From: Camelus dromedarius
Lineage: Eukaryota
Assembly (NCBI RefSeq): GCF_036321535.1
Contig: NC_087472.1
Span: 98,706,001 to 98,770,000, forward strand
Direction of reading: 5' to 3'
Length of the DNA: 64,000 nt
In this document: positions 1 to 19,000 of the stretch, piece after piece
Position numbering within the stretch: the stretch's first letter is position 1
Layout: every line of letters begins with the position of its first letter
The notes under the pieces: model-generated
The model's database searches: none
The model's input: only the letters and a program-made list of their open reading frames with translations
What the model was told of the DNA's origin: nothing
Made by a program: the position numbers and the translations under genes

Positions 1-7131
<7,131 letters not shown>

Positions 7132-7788
7132 TCAGCAGCCCGAGCCGCCCTCAGGTGGGGTCCCTTGCTGGCCACTGCCTCGCAGGGCGGACGGCACGGA
7201 GAAGGCGGCTTTTGTGTCGAGTCTCGCGGCTGCAATGTCTCTCAGTAAGCGGCGGGCAGCAGCGGTGGGAGCGGCGACGGGGAGGGAAAGGCGCCGGGGT
7301 CGCGGCTCTGCGCCGGCTCTGCTCCGTCCCTGCTGAGGCGGCGGCTCCTGCCGTTGCTCCGCCACTCCGCTCGGGTCTCCGTCCCACCGGGGCTTCAGTT
7401 CATAGCTTGCAGTGCCGAGGGTCGCAGCGCGAAGGGAAGGAGCCGCCACCTCTCGCCCGCAGACAACTTGCCCGTTCGCCTCGTGCGCGGGAGTGAAACC
7501 CCCGGCACGACTAGCTGCCCGGCGGAAATGACGAGGGGCCTCCTGCCACCCAAAATATCTCTCCGCAGCCCTCGGGTGCGGGGCGCGCGCGCCACGAGCC
7601 CCCCGCCCGCTCGCTGTCGCGCGGTCCCGCCCCCGGGGCCGACGGCAGGCGCGCGAGGCGCGTGCGCGCCCCGGCACGAGGCCGGATCCTGGGGTCTGCC
7701 TGTCAGTCAGGCAGGTGCTGGCGGCTCGCAGCGTAGCGTTCCCGCCCCGCGGGCCGCCCTGGGACGGAGGCGGGCGAGGAGCGCGTGC

Positions 7789-7821
<33 letters not shown>
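7789..7821 (+). repeat. (GCG)11 trinucleotide repeat
   Basis: Uninterrupted GCG/GGC run read directly. Confidence 0.95.
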
Positions 7822-7822
<1 letters not shown>

Positions 7823-7844
7823 GAGTCCCCAAGCGGGTCGGTCC

Positions 7845-7868
7845 GTCAGTCAGTCAGTCAGTCAGTCA
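7845..7868 (+). repeat. (GTCA)6 tetranucleotide repeat
   Basis: Read directly. Confidence 0.95.
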
Positions 7869-9289
7869 ATTAGGTGCTGGCGGCGGGAGCTTGGCTCCGA
7901 AGGGCCCCTGAGCGGATGCGGCGGCGGCAGGACGGCTGCCCACCAGTTGAACGGTGACTGCTGAGGCGGCTGAGGAGGTACCTGCGGTCTCGCCGCCGAG
8001 GGGAGGGGGACGCCGCCGAGCGCGGGGGTTACAGCGGGAGCCCGGGCTTCCCTCGCTCCCGCCCTCCCCGCTGCTGAGTGGGCTCCCAAGGTGATTCCCG
8101 AGCCCCGCGCGCGCCCGCGGAGACGGAAGCGTGGAATGCTGCTGCCGGGGAGCGGGCTCCGCCGGCCAGAAACGCCGCGATGACGAGGCCAGAGGGCCGG
8201 TGCTGTCGGACCGTCCCCGGTCGTGCCCCGGGCGCGGAGCCTGGAACCTTCGGGCGCCGGCCGTAGTGACTCCGAGGCAGGTTCGGCCCACGTGCCTGTT
8301 GAAGGGCCCGGGGTCGGGTTTTCGGCCAACTCCTCCAACGCCGAGAGCGCCCAGTACCTATTTTAGAGGATGTCCTTTTGTTTTCAGTTATTCTTTTATA
8401 AGAACTGAAGGGTAACACTGGGATTGAAAATGAGTGGCAAACTGTAAACGCCATGCTTCTTCAAAACTCAACATTCTCCAGAAATCTTACACAGGCTGCT
8501 GTGCAACCCTTAGTAAAAAGACAGTTTGCCTAATGAGGCTCAATTTAAACGACAAATAACTAATCCTAGAAAGTATAGAGGCAAACTCTCGACCACCATT
8601 GTGAACGTTTTCTCTTTGTCATTCTTAAATAGCTCCATTGAGTAAAAGAGAAACTATTTCTATAACCATTTCGATAGTGTCAGTAGGTTTTGCCAGTTCC
8701 TGCAGTAACCCATTTTCTCTAGTCCAACAGCAGGAGATGCAGAACTGCCACTTTTTCTCAACTAACATGAGTTGATATTCCACCTTCAGAACCTCCAACC
8801 CCCACCCCACCCCACCCCCACACATACACAAAGAGCTGAAACCACAGTAAAAATATTTTTGATATTTTCAGGCTAGTGATACAAACCAAGTAAAATTTAA
8901 GATGGCCTGTCTGTAGGCTTGTTTATTTTTCTAATAATCCAAACTTTAAAGTATATGGGAAATTTTGGAAAAAAGTTTAGAAGATTGTCTAGACAAGTCT
9001 ACGCTTGGAGGTTACAGATATAGCACCTTCCTTTCATAACCCAAATCACGGTTGTGATTTACAATTTTTTCTTGCCTAACCAGGTGTGAAAGGCATTGTA
9101 TTTTGGAGTGCTTACATTCCAAATGAGTCTCAGAACATTGCATCAATATTTCTAGAAAAGATCATTTCCAGCATCAGTAATTTATGGAGTAGCTTTATGT
9201 TCAGAAACAGAATGGAATGGATGCATTGTGAATCATTAGAGGTTGCAGTCAGAGGGGAATGTTAAAAGTAATCTGATCAAAATAATACT

Positions 9290-9550
9290 TCTAATAATAA
9301 CAATGAACATTTATTGAGCGCTGTGCTGAGTATTTTACATATATTTTATCCTCAAAACAGCTCTATCATTAGCCACATTTTACAGATGAGAAGGCTATCA
9401 CACTCACTTTCCTATCCCCAGAGCTTATTACACATCGTTCAATACATGTTGAATAAATTAATAAGGTTTAAAGAGGTTAAGTAATTTGTCTGAGGTCATG
9501 ATGCATGATTATAATACCAAGTTAAGGTGATTCCAGAATATGAGCTTTTA
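9290..9550 (-). mobile_element. MIR SINE (interrupted)
   Basis: aataataacaatgaacatttattgagcgc...cattttacagatgag...agaggttaagtaatttgtctgaggtca matches the MIR core. Confidence 0.7.
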
Positions 9551-12184
9551 AAACTAGAAAAAAAAATTTGTATTGGTGTTAACAAAATGCACAGTACTTT
9601 GGAAGGGGAAGTTCTGTTGAATGTTAACCAAGTATGTCACAGCAAGTTAACTACAAAGGAGTCTGAATATGTCTCATCAAAAAGTTAACTGCAAAGGAGT
9701 CTGAAAATCACCATCAATGTTCCTGACCAGTACCAACTGTGAGAATGTAGGAAGTGAAGAAATTTGGCTGAAACATCAAACTATATCCTGACTGTGCTTG
9801 TATGACAAGCAACCAGACTATACATCATATTACAGGCAAGCTTAAAGTCAGATATTGTTTGCATAATGAATGGAATATCAATCAAAACAAATGCCAAAGA
9901 TCCAGATGCAATAAAAATAAAAGATGCCTATTTCATGGAAAGACCAGTGCCAAAGAAGATGGAATAAAAGATCCTAGAAAAAGCGGATTTTGAGAATTAC
10001 AGCACAGAATTAAGTCGTACATGTTTTCTTCCTATTTGTTACAGTAAGGAATTTATTTAGTCTAATCACCTGAGATAACCATTAAAAAAAATAACTGTAA
10101 GAGCTAAGAATAACTGAGCCAATATGTAGGTGTGAGGGTATGCTATCTAACAGAGTTCACCAAGGCCTTAGATATTTGTCCCAATTCCTCCTCCCTGAGG
10201 TTTCCCCTACAAAACATACAAAAAATAAAAAAATTTGACTTTGACAGTGTAATAAGCATTAATTATTTCACTTAATTTGTTCAGAACATAACTGACTTTT
10301 CACTCAAATATTCTTGATCTGAAGAGAAGGGAAATAAGGTGCTTAAATCATCATTGCCTTCATTCTTTTATTCTTTACTCCAAATGACTCAGACAAATCT
10401 TTCCTGCATTTTTCTTTCCACAACTTTTCAAATAAACTAGCTTTTGTAGTCTTTTGCCTGTTACTCAAAATGTTACTGTCTTGCCCCATTTTTGTATAAT
10501 ATAATGTGGTTACATACAAACTTCAAGCTCTTTGCCTTCTCTTAATGCACAATGCAATCGCAGAGATTAGGTGAAAAGGTATGTTGTCATAAAATACATA
10601 TCAAAACACTGCACTAAATGATATGTCACATATACTTCAACAGTCTAGATACAGAAACCAAACATTCTTTGGAAGAAGACTTGGATTCTTCGCAAGCAGG
10701 CAAAGGAGAAATATTACATTGATTAAATTAATTGGAGACATAAAACTTGTGATATGTGTGCAACCATATCAAAATAAATCAGTTTTAAATCATCTTTTAA
10801 TTCAATTATTATAGTTTTGTCTTTTTTATTCTCCCTCTAGATTTCAAAAAAATTAATATTTCTTGGCCAAAGTATTTTCAGTTAAGATTTTATAGTATAT
10901 GTAATGAATCTAAGTACGTCACGTGTGAAATTTACAAAGGTCCTCCGACTGGAATCTAGTTGCTCAATGGATCTGACTCTTAGGGATTAGGTCAGATAGG
11001 GAGAGAGCCTTCCACTGGAAGAAGGAGCTTCAAACCTTTGTCTCTTTGGGGCCAAAGACAGGAGTAAATAATGTGAATGTTTCTTCTGTAGCTGCAAGTT
11101 GAAGATCTCTAACCTCTGTATTTTCTAACCTAGGTTATTTTATAGGGGCCTTAATCATTACTTCCCATTTTTTCTTCTAAGAAGCTTGTTAAGCATCAGA
11201 CCTCAGACTTGCCATGCAAAACATATTTTAACATTTTTTAGTTATTTAACATTTAGACAAAATGTTGTACAGAGCCCTTTCTGGCGATTTTCTCAGTTTG
11301 CTTAGATTTTTTCTGTAGCTGTCTATTTAATTCTTAAATTTCTTGCTTTTTTAGTGAATAATATTTTATCATTTTTTTCTCTTATCTTTCATTTTTGAAT
11401 GATTAGTGAGAAGTGACAATATAGAACAGCTATGTGGATAGTCCATGTCCTAAAAGAGAGGAAAGGCTAGGAGCCCTCTTTTATTCTACTTAGTTTTCCC
11501 CAGACTTTCCTGTAATTTCAAAAGCTGGTGTTCTATGCTGGTACAAGTTGTATACCTTGATCAGAAAAATTAGCTAGGCAATTCTGTTAAGATTAGTAGT
11601 GATAAAACAAAATAAAAGTTATTCTCAAGAACAATATATAAAACTTGCTCCAGAGAAAGCTCAACAAAATTTCTGGAACAATATTTTTATTTTCTTGCAG
11701 TATAATTTTAACAGCTGTGTGTAAAGGACCAAAGCCTCTGATAGCAATCTGTCTGTGCCTCCAACAGAGAAGCAAGTAGGAAGAGACCTTTAACCGTAAA
11801 TGGGCCTTCAAGTGTGCTGCTCTCAGCCAAACCTCCCTTTAGATTATCAAGGAGAAGCAGCCTGAGACTATAATTAAATTAGTAGAATCCTTCCTTTGCT
11901 GTTCTGCCTCTAGGGTAAGCTGTATTAAATCAAGCCATGTCCTTTCCAGACCAAGATTCACAACAGTCATCTCTGGGTGAAGAAAAATTGGCTGGAGTTG
12001 AGGTTATCCCAATAGAGTTTTTTTTTAGGGCTCCTTCCAGGTATTCCCTGCTATATTAATCACAGTCTAATAAAAAGCCCAAAGCCCACTTTAGATTAGA
12101 AAACCTAGTTTTCTTAACTAGTCCTAGCCTATCAGGGAAGTTTCTGGTGCACTTAGCAACCATTAATTAAAAACATATAAACTT

Positions 12185-13480
12185 ATTATTCAACAAACAT
12201 TTTTTTGAACACTACCAATGTGCTGGCATGAGTTGTTATCATTTAATCAGAAAAATGAACTCGATTTTGTGGATGCAAAGATGACCAAGATGCTCACTGA
12301 CTGGTAGGGGAAACAGAAACGTTCATGATTAATTTAATGGGATAATGTGATAAATGCAGTGAATGTGATAAATGCAGTGATAGATATGCCCAGTACTATC
12401 CAGAGAGGGCTGCCTAACAATTGGGAGGAAGACTATATGGAGGGAATAATGCCTGTTCTAGGTCATAGAAGATAACAGCCAAACAACAATGCAGAAAAGA
12501 GCTAATAGGCAGAAGTACAGTGTGAGCAGTTACAGAGCACTATGTACCTGGATGATGAGTTGAAAAGCAAAGCAAGAGGTGACAGGAGATGAGGTGGGAG
12601 GGGTGGGTAATAGCCAGGTCAGGGGGAAAAAATTCAAACTAAAAGATAAAAAGAGCCACTTAAGGATTTTAAGCAATGAAACGACTTGGTCATATTTATA
12701 TATTTATGTTTTATATTGACTGGCAGCCATGGAAAGCACAGATTTGAGAGGAACAGGATGAGGGGGAAGGATTCAATTTTGAGGATGTGGCAGTATACCA
12801 ATGAAAAGATGACTTGTGTCAGAAATAGATCAGTGGAGGTGGGGATGGAGAGAAGGGGATGGATTTAATAAATATTCAGGAGAACTTGGTGATTGATTGG
12901 ATATGAGAGATTAGGAAAAGAGCAATATCAAGAATGATTCCTAGGATTCTAATTTGGGTAGATGGGTAAATTATTTCTTCTCGATCAAAAATAAAAATAA
13001 AAGTGGATTTGGGAGATGGAAGTGGTCTGAGATATTCTGTTGTGGACATTCTAAACATGACATACCCGTGGGACAGCTGAGAAGGGATTTCTAGTAGGCA
13101 GTTTCTGCATTCACATATAGGAATGTGAACCTCAGTAGGGGCTGAAGATACAGGCTTGAAAGTCACTACTAAAACAAGACTATGAATGAGATAGGGAGAG
13201 TGTGAGCTGCCCATGACGTTCATCTAGCACATCTAGCACGTTCATCTAGACGTTCGTTCATCTAGCACAAAGAGGCCCATAGAAGAGAAAGAGAAAATGA
13301 GTAAATTATAAGAAGAACCAAGAGAATGCAGTGTCATGGCAGCCCAGTGAAAAAAGAATTTCAATAGGAAAGAGTGGAAAATTGTGTGAAATGCAAAAAT
13401 GATGTTCCAATAAGAACTGAGAAGAAAATTCTGGTGGTTTTGTCAGTTTTGATATCTTTCATGGCCTTATTGAGATCTGT
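12185..13480 (-). mobile_element. L2 LINE fragment
   Basis: ttcaacaaacatttttttgaacactac start; later ttggtgattgattggatatgaga and gatattctgttgtggacatt are characteristic antisense L2 segments. Confidence 0.75.
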
Positions 13481-13649
13481 GAAAGAACTGGATGTTAAAA
13501 TGGGAAGACTTGGTATATAGGGCATCAGTTTTTTCACAAGTCGATTTTTCTTCTTCCTCATAATACACATACGTGTATATCTTATTCAGGTGGCTCCACA
13601 GTGAATGGTAACAATTCTTCAATTTACCACAACCACTGGCAATACTATT

Positions 13650-14275
13650 TTCTGTTGGAATCCCAGGTGCTAATGATGATCCCTACTCTTATCTGATTAT
13701 ACTTTCACCACTTATAGAACGGTGGCACCTTATAACTGGCTGAATTTGAAATCTCCCATCCTCATCAGGAGAACAGCTTTACCCTGGTCATCTTGCACAT
13801 CTCTGCATAGGCCATGTAGGCAAGGTTCAACCACAGCCTGACATGTCATGGCAGAATGCCCTGTGATCTTGCCTGGAACGTGGCAAGACGGTCTTGTGAG
13901 GAACTATCCCAAGTCCATTTCTCATCTGCTGCTCTGGTTCCAGTGAGGAATGGGACTTTCCATCTCACTGCAGCTTCAAGTACAGCTTCAGACTAAAGAA
14001 CTGTTCAGCTGTAATTTAGAGTTGGCTCCTCAATGATGGAGTAACCCACCACTTATATTATCTATCATCTGGCCCCTCCAGTTTGGTATCATCATGTGGG
14101 ACTAGGGACGTGGAGAGTTGACACCATGCTGATCTTTTGTTACTGTCTGTATAAATAATAAATTTTCTAAATCCATTTGGGATTGTTTTTGCCTTACTGG
14201 CTGAATCTTGGAGGTATGATAAGCCAGCCTAGGAGCTGCCATCACCCTGCTGCTTAGGTACTGCTTGACCATTTG
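13650..14275 (+). mobile_element. Probable old ERVL-class solo LTR
   Basis: GC-elevated block starting TGT, with an AATAATAAA polyA-like signal near 14155 followed by U5-like sequence. Family not identified. Confidence 0.4.
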
Positions 14276-14378
14276 TCCCAGATCTGATCTAAGAAGTCCA
14301 TAAATATTCCCAAAAGGAGTGAGCTCTGCTGAGCCTCTGCCTGGATAAACTAGACCAGTCCAGCTTTTGCCTAGAAAT

Positions 14379-14408
14379 CAGCAGCAACAGCAGCAACAGC
14401 AGCAGCAG
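14379..14408 (+). repeat. (CAG/CAA)10 repeat
   Basis: CAG CAG CAA CAG CAG CAA CAG CAG CAG CAG read directly. Confidence 0.9.
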
Positions 14409-15419
14409 GAGCTGGATTTCAAATTTGAAAAGACTGAATTTGCCTTAATCATTGGGGCTCCCTGTGATAACCCCATAATTAATTAAAACCCTGTGTTAAT
14501 GTTGCAGGATGAAAACAAAACCCTGATCTAAACTCTTTCTTCTGAGTTTTAACATTATTTATTTACAAAACACCTAGATCTTAGGAAATTCCCTCATATT
14601 CAAAATGTTAGGTCCATTTTCATCAACATTTAGCAGTCTTATTGGTCGTAGCAAATGTGACCTGGCAAAATTGGTGCTAGATAACTTCAGAGGTTCTCTT
14701 TATAAATTAATACAGCTCTGTAAGTCAAAAATTTTAATGTCAAAATTTCTTAAAGTAGGAGACAAATTGTTTAATCTTTTGGCTAATAACTGACAGACTA
14801 CAGAGGAATAAAGATGGCCAATGGGACAGGAAGATTGCTTTCTCTCTGCATAGATTTTGTCATTTTTTTCTTAAATGGGTCTTGTTTACTTTTAGGAAGA
14901 TTGGAAAATTAAGGATGCTCATACCAAGTGGAATAAATCATTTATTCCCACTGACCAGGAACTGTATCCAGAAGGAGAGAGAGGCATGTAAGTTTGTCAC
15001 TGCTTTTGACATTTTCTTGATTTTGAAAGGAAACTTAGTTATTTGGGTATCCAAGTAATGAAAATATTTTGGTTTCTTTAGTTTCTCTTAGAAACTATTT
15101 CAAATACTTTATAGCACATTGCAAAAGCTGTCATTTATCGTTTTTTCAATGTGAGCATCTACTTTATATAGGCCCTGTGCTAAGCACTATAGATACAAAA
15201 ATGAATAAAACATCGTTGCTCTCCTCAAATCCTATAAACAAAACAAAGCATACAAATAGATATTTTTGACATAAGGTAGCAAGGAAACTGACAGAGACAT
15301 ACAAAAGTATTTTGGGTATACTTTACATTATGAAAATATGAATACATATCAATAAATAAGCATCCTTCTAGATTCTAAAATGGTAATATAACTTGTACAT
15401 TGTATAATGTATTGTCTGT

Positions 15420-16020
15420 ATTCATTCATTCAGCAGACATTTATTAAATGGTTACTGTGTAGTAGGGACTAAGTTAAGCACCACAGATAAACTAGAGAAT
15501 ATAATGGATATGGCTCTCAACCCTATGGAGTTTACAATCTAGTAGAAAACATACAATATACTAGTAAGCAAACAAAACATGTATATAAATGCAAATCATG
15601 AAAAATACTGGCATGAAATGTACAAGGTGTAATGATAGAGAACAACTGGGTCAAAGGAGAGAGGAAACTCCTTACAGTGATCAGAGAAGACTTCTCTGAG
15701 AGGTGACTTTTAGGCACAGTTTTGAGATATATGATGAATATAGGCAGACAAAGATCAGAAGTAGTTCATTCAAGGGAGAAATAAAAGCATGTGTGAACCC
15801 CCTGGGGCAATAAAGAGTTTGATATGATTGAGGAACAGAAAGGAAATCTGTGTAGCTGAAGCATAGTGAATGGGCAAGGGCATGAAAGAGGGTAGAGAAA
15901 TAGGCTAGAGTTGGAAAAAATAGGGTCTTGTAAGTTCATGTGGTAACTAGCTTGGGGTGCAGTGAAAAACCATTAAGACTTGTAAACAGGTCAGAAACAT
16001 GATCTGAGTTATATTTATAA
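15420..16020 (-). mobile_element. L2 LINE 3' fragment
   Basis: ttcattcattcagcagacatttattaaatg start; gatcagagaagacttctctgagaggtgac body. Confidence 0.8.
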
Positions 16021-16029
16021 CTTCAGGAG

Positions 16030-19000
16030 TGGGGGCTTCCGTTTCCACAAAGACTAAGTAGAGATACCTTTCCCTAGTCTTCCCACTAAATACAACTTAA
16101 AACCCTGGACATTATAGATAAAACAAATATAAGAAGACTTTGAAATGTGGAGAGAAAAAAGCAGACAAGCAAGGGAATTCAGATTCAAGAAATGACACAG
16201 TGGTGAGTTCCCCAGGGTTGTTAATTTTTTGCTCATCACAGACTTAGAGCTAAAGAAGCCAGCAACCTGGAAACACCAAATGCACAGACAAAAAAGTCCC
16301 AAGAAAAGCCTACACTTGTGAGTTAAGTGCCCAAGAAAGGGGCAGCCTAGCAAGGCAGAAAACACTGAGACTATAACCACTTTCCTCCAGCCAGACACCA
16401 CATAGAAAACTGAACCCCACCCCCACCTATGCCAGCAAAGGCAAAGTAGGGAGCCTAGACTTCTTTACCTTCACCAGTCTATAGCAAGGCACTCCAGTGC
16501 TCCTGCCATGGTGGTGTCAGAGAAGGCCAAGTTGGAACTGGGACTTTCATCCTTGGCAGGTAGTAATGACCTCCCCTGCTCCCTTCCAGTATCTTGGAGC
16601 CTGGATTGCTACCTCTACCCAACAGTAACAAGTGTCCCCCTCTCTGCTGGAGTGTTGTCAGAGGAGTTCTTTTGGAGAATAAAGACTTAGATCATTGCCC
16701 AGCAGTAATGACACCACCTCCCACCCCATGATGTGAGCAGAGACCAAATGGTGAGCTTAAGTAATGAAACACTCCTACCCCTCCCATCCTGGGAGGTATT
16801 AATGGAAGTCTGTAGGAAAGTCAAAATTCCAACCATGGCCCAGCAGTAATGAGAAGCGCCACCTTCAGGTGTCAATGAAAGCTGAGTGGGGAACCTGGAC
16901 TTTGATCACACCTGACTGAAAGAAGGCAGCACCCCTGCTTCCTCTGCTGAAGCAGTCTCACAACTAAAAACAAAGATTTGTATAAGATCCAGAGGCTCAT
17001 AACATAATACCCAAACTGTCTAGATTTTATTTGAAATCCACTTGCCATACCAAAAAGCATGAAGATCTCAAACTGAATGAAATAGGAATAATCAATAAAT
17101 GCCAGCAATAAGATGAGAGAAATGTCAGCATTATCTGACAAAGATTTTAAAGCAGCAATCATTAACAGTCTTCAGTGAACAATTAAAAACACAGTTGAGA
17201 TATACAAAAAAAAAGAACATTTCAGCAAAGAAATAGAAGATATGAAGAAACAAATAAAATTCAAGAACTCAAAATTATAGTAACTGAAATAAAAAAAAAT
17301 CAATGTAGAGGTGAAATGCAGAATAGAGGCAAATGAAGGATGAATTGGTGAACTGGAAGATAGAAAATAAAAATTACCAAATCTGAACAACAAAGAGGAA
17401 AGAGACTTAAACAAAAAGAACAGAGCCTCAGGGGCCTGTGACACAAAAACAAAAGATCTAACATTCATGTCATTGGAATCCTGTAGGAGAGGAGAAAAAG
17501 GACAGCACTGAAAAAAGACTCAAATAAATAATGGCAGGAAACTTCCCAAATGTGGCAAAAGACATAAACTTACAGATTCAAGAAGTTGAGTGAATGCCAA
17601 ATAAGATAACTGAACAAATACACACCAAGACATGTTATGGTCAAATTTCTGAAAACTAAAAGCAAAGGAAAAAAAAATCTCAAAAATAGCCAGACAGAAA
17701 CAAGACCTTACCTATGGGGAAAACTGATTTGAATGATAGTTTTTTTCTACATCAGAAGCCACAGAGTCCAGAAGGATGTCAGCAAGATGACGGATTAGAA
17801 CTCCAAATTCTTGCTCCCCAAACAGAAACATTAAACAAACAAAACAAAAACAAAAAACCCCAGAAATATACATGCAAGAAAATTAATTTGGACCTTTACC
17901 TTACACAATATACAAAAACTAACTCAAAATAGATACATGACATAAATGTAAGAGCTAAAACTCTGAAACTCTTTGAAGAAAAGAGACTTGGAGACAATCT
18001 CCATGACACTGAATTCAGCAATGATTTCTTACATATGACAACAAAAGCACAGACAGTGAGGGAAAAAATAGGTAAATTGAACTTCATCAAAATTAAAAAT
18101 TTCGTGTGTTAAAGGACACTATCAAGAGAGTGAAAAGACAAACCATAGAATGAAAGAAAGTATTTACAAATAATATATCCAGTCCAGAATATTAAAGAAC
18201 TCCTACAACCTAAGAACAAAAACAAACAACTCTTCTAAAAAATGGGCAAAGGACTCTAAATAGACATTTCTCCCAAGAAGATATACCCGAAGAAGATATA
18301 CAAATGGCCAAAAAGCACATAAAAAAATTCACCATCAGTAATCAATAAGGAAATGTAAATTGAAACAGTGAGATAGTACTTCACACTCATTAGTTGGCTA
18401 CTATGAAAAAAATAGAAAATAACAAGTGTTGGTGAGGATGTGAGGAAATTGGAACCCTTGTACATTGCTGCTAGGAATGTAAAATGATGCAGCTACTGTG
18501 GAAAATGGTTTGGCAGTTCCTCAAAAAATTAGAAAGAATTACCATACAATTGAACAATTCTACTTCTAGGTGTACATCCAAATGAATTAAAAGCAGGGAC
18601 TCAATCAGATAGTTGTACAGCATTGTTCATAGCAACATTATTTACAATAGCCAAAAGGTGGAAACAACCCAAATGTCCATCAGCAGATGAATGTATAAAC
18701 AAAACGTCATGTATACATACAATGAAATGTTATTCATCCTTAAAAAGGATTGAAGTTCTGAAACATGCTACAACGTGGATGAACCTTGAAAACACTATGC
18801 TAAGTGAAATAAGCCAGACACGAAAGGACAACTGTTGTATGATTCCACTTATATCAATTACCTAGAATAGGCAAATTCAGAGAGACAGAAAGGAGAATAT
18901 TGATTACTAGAGGCTGGAGGAGGGGAGAAAAAGGAGTTATTGTCTAATTGGTAAGTTTTGGAAATGGATAGTGGTGATGGTTGTACAACATTGTGACTGT

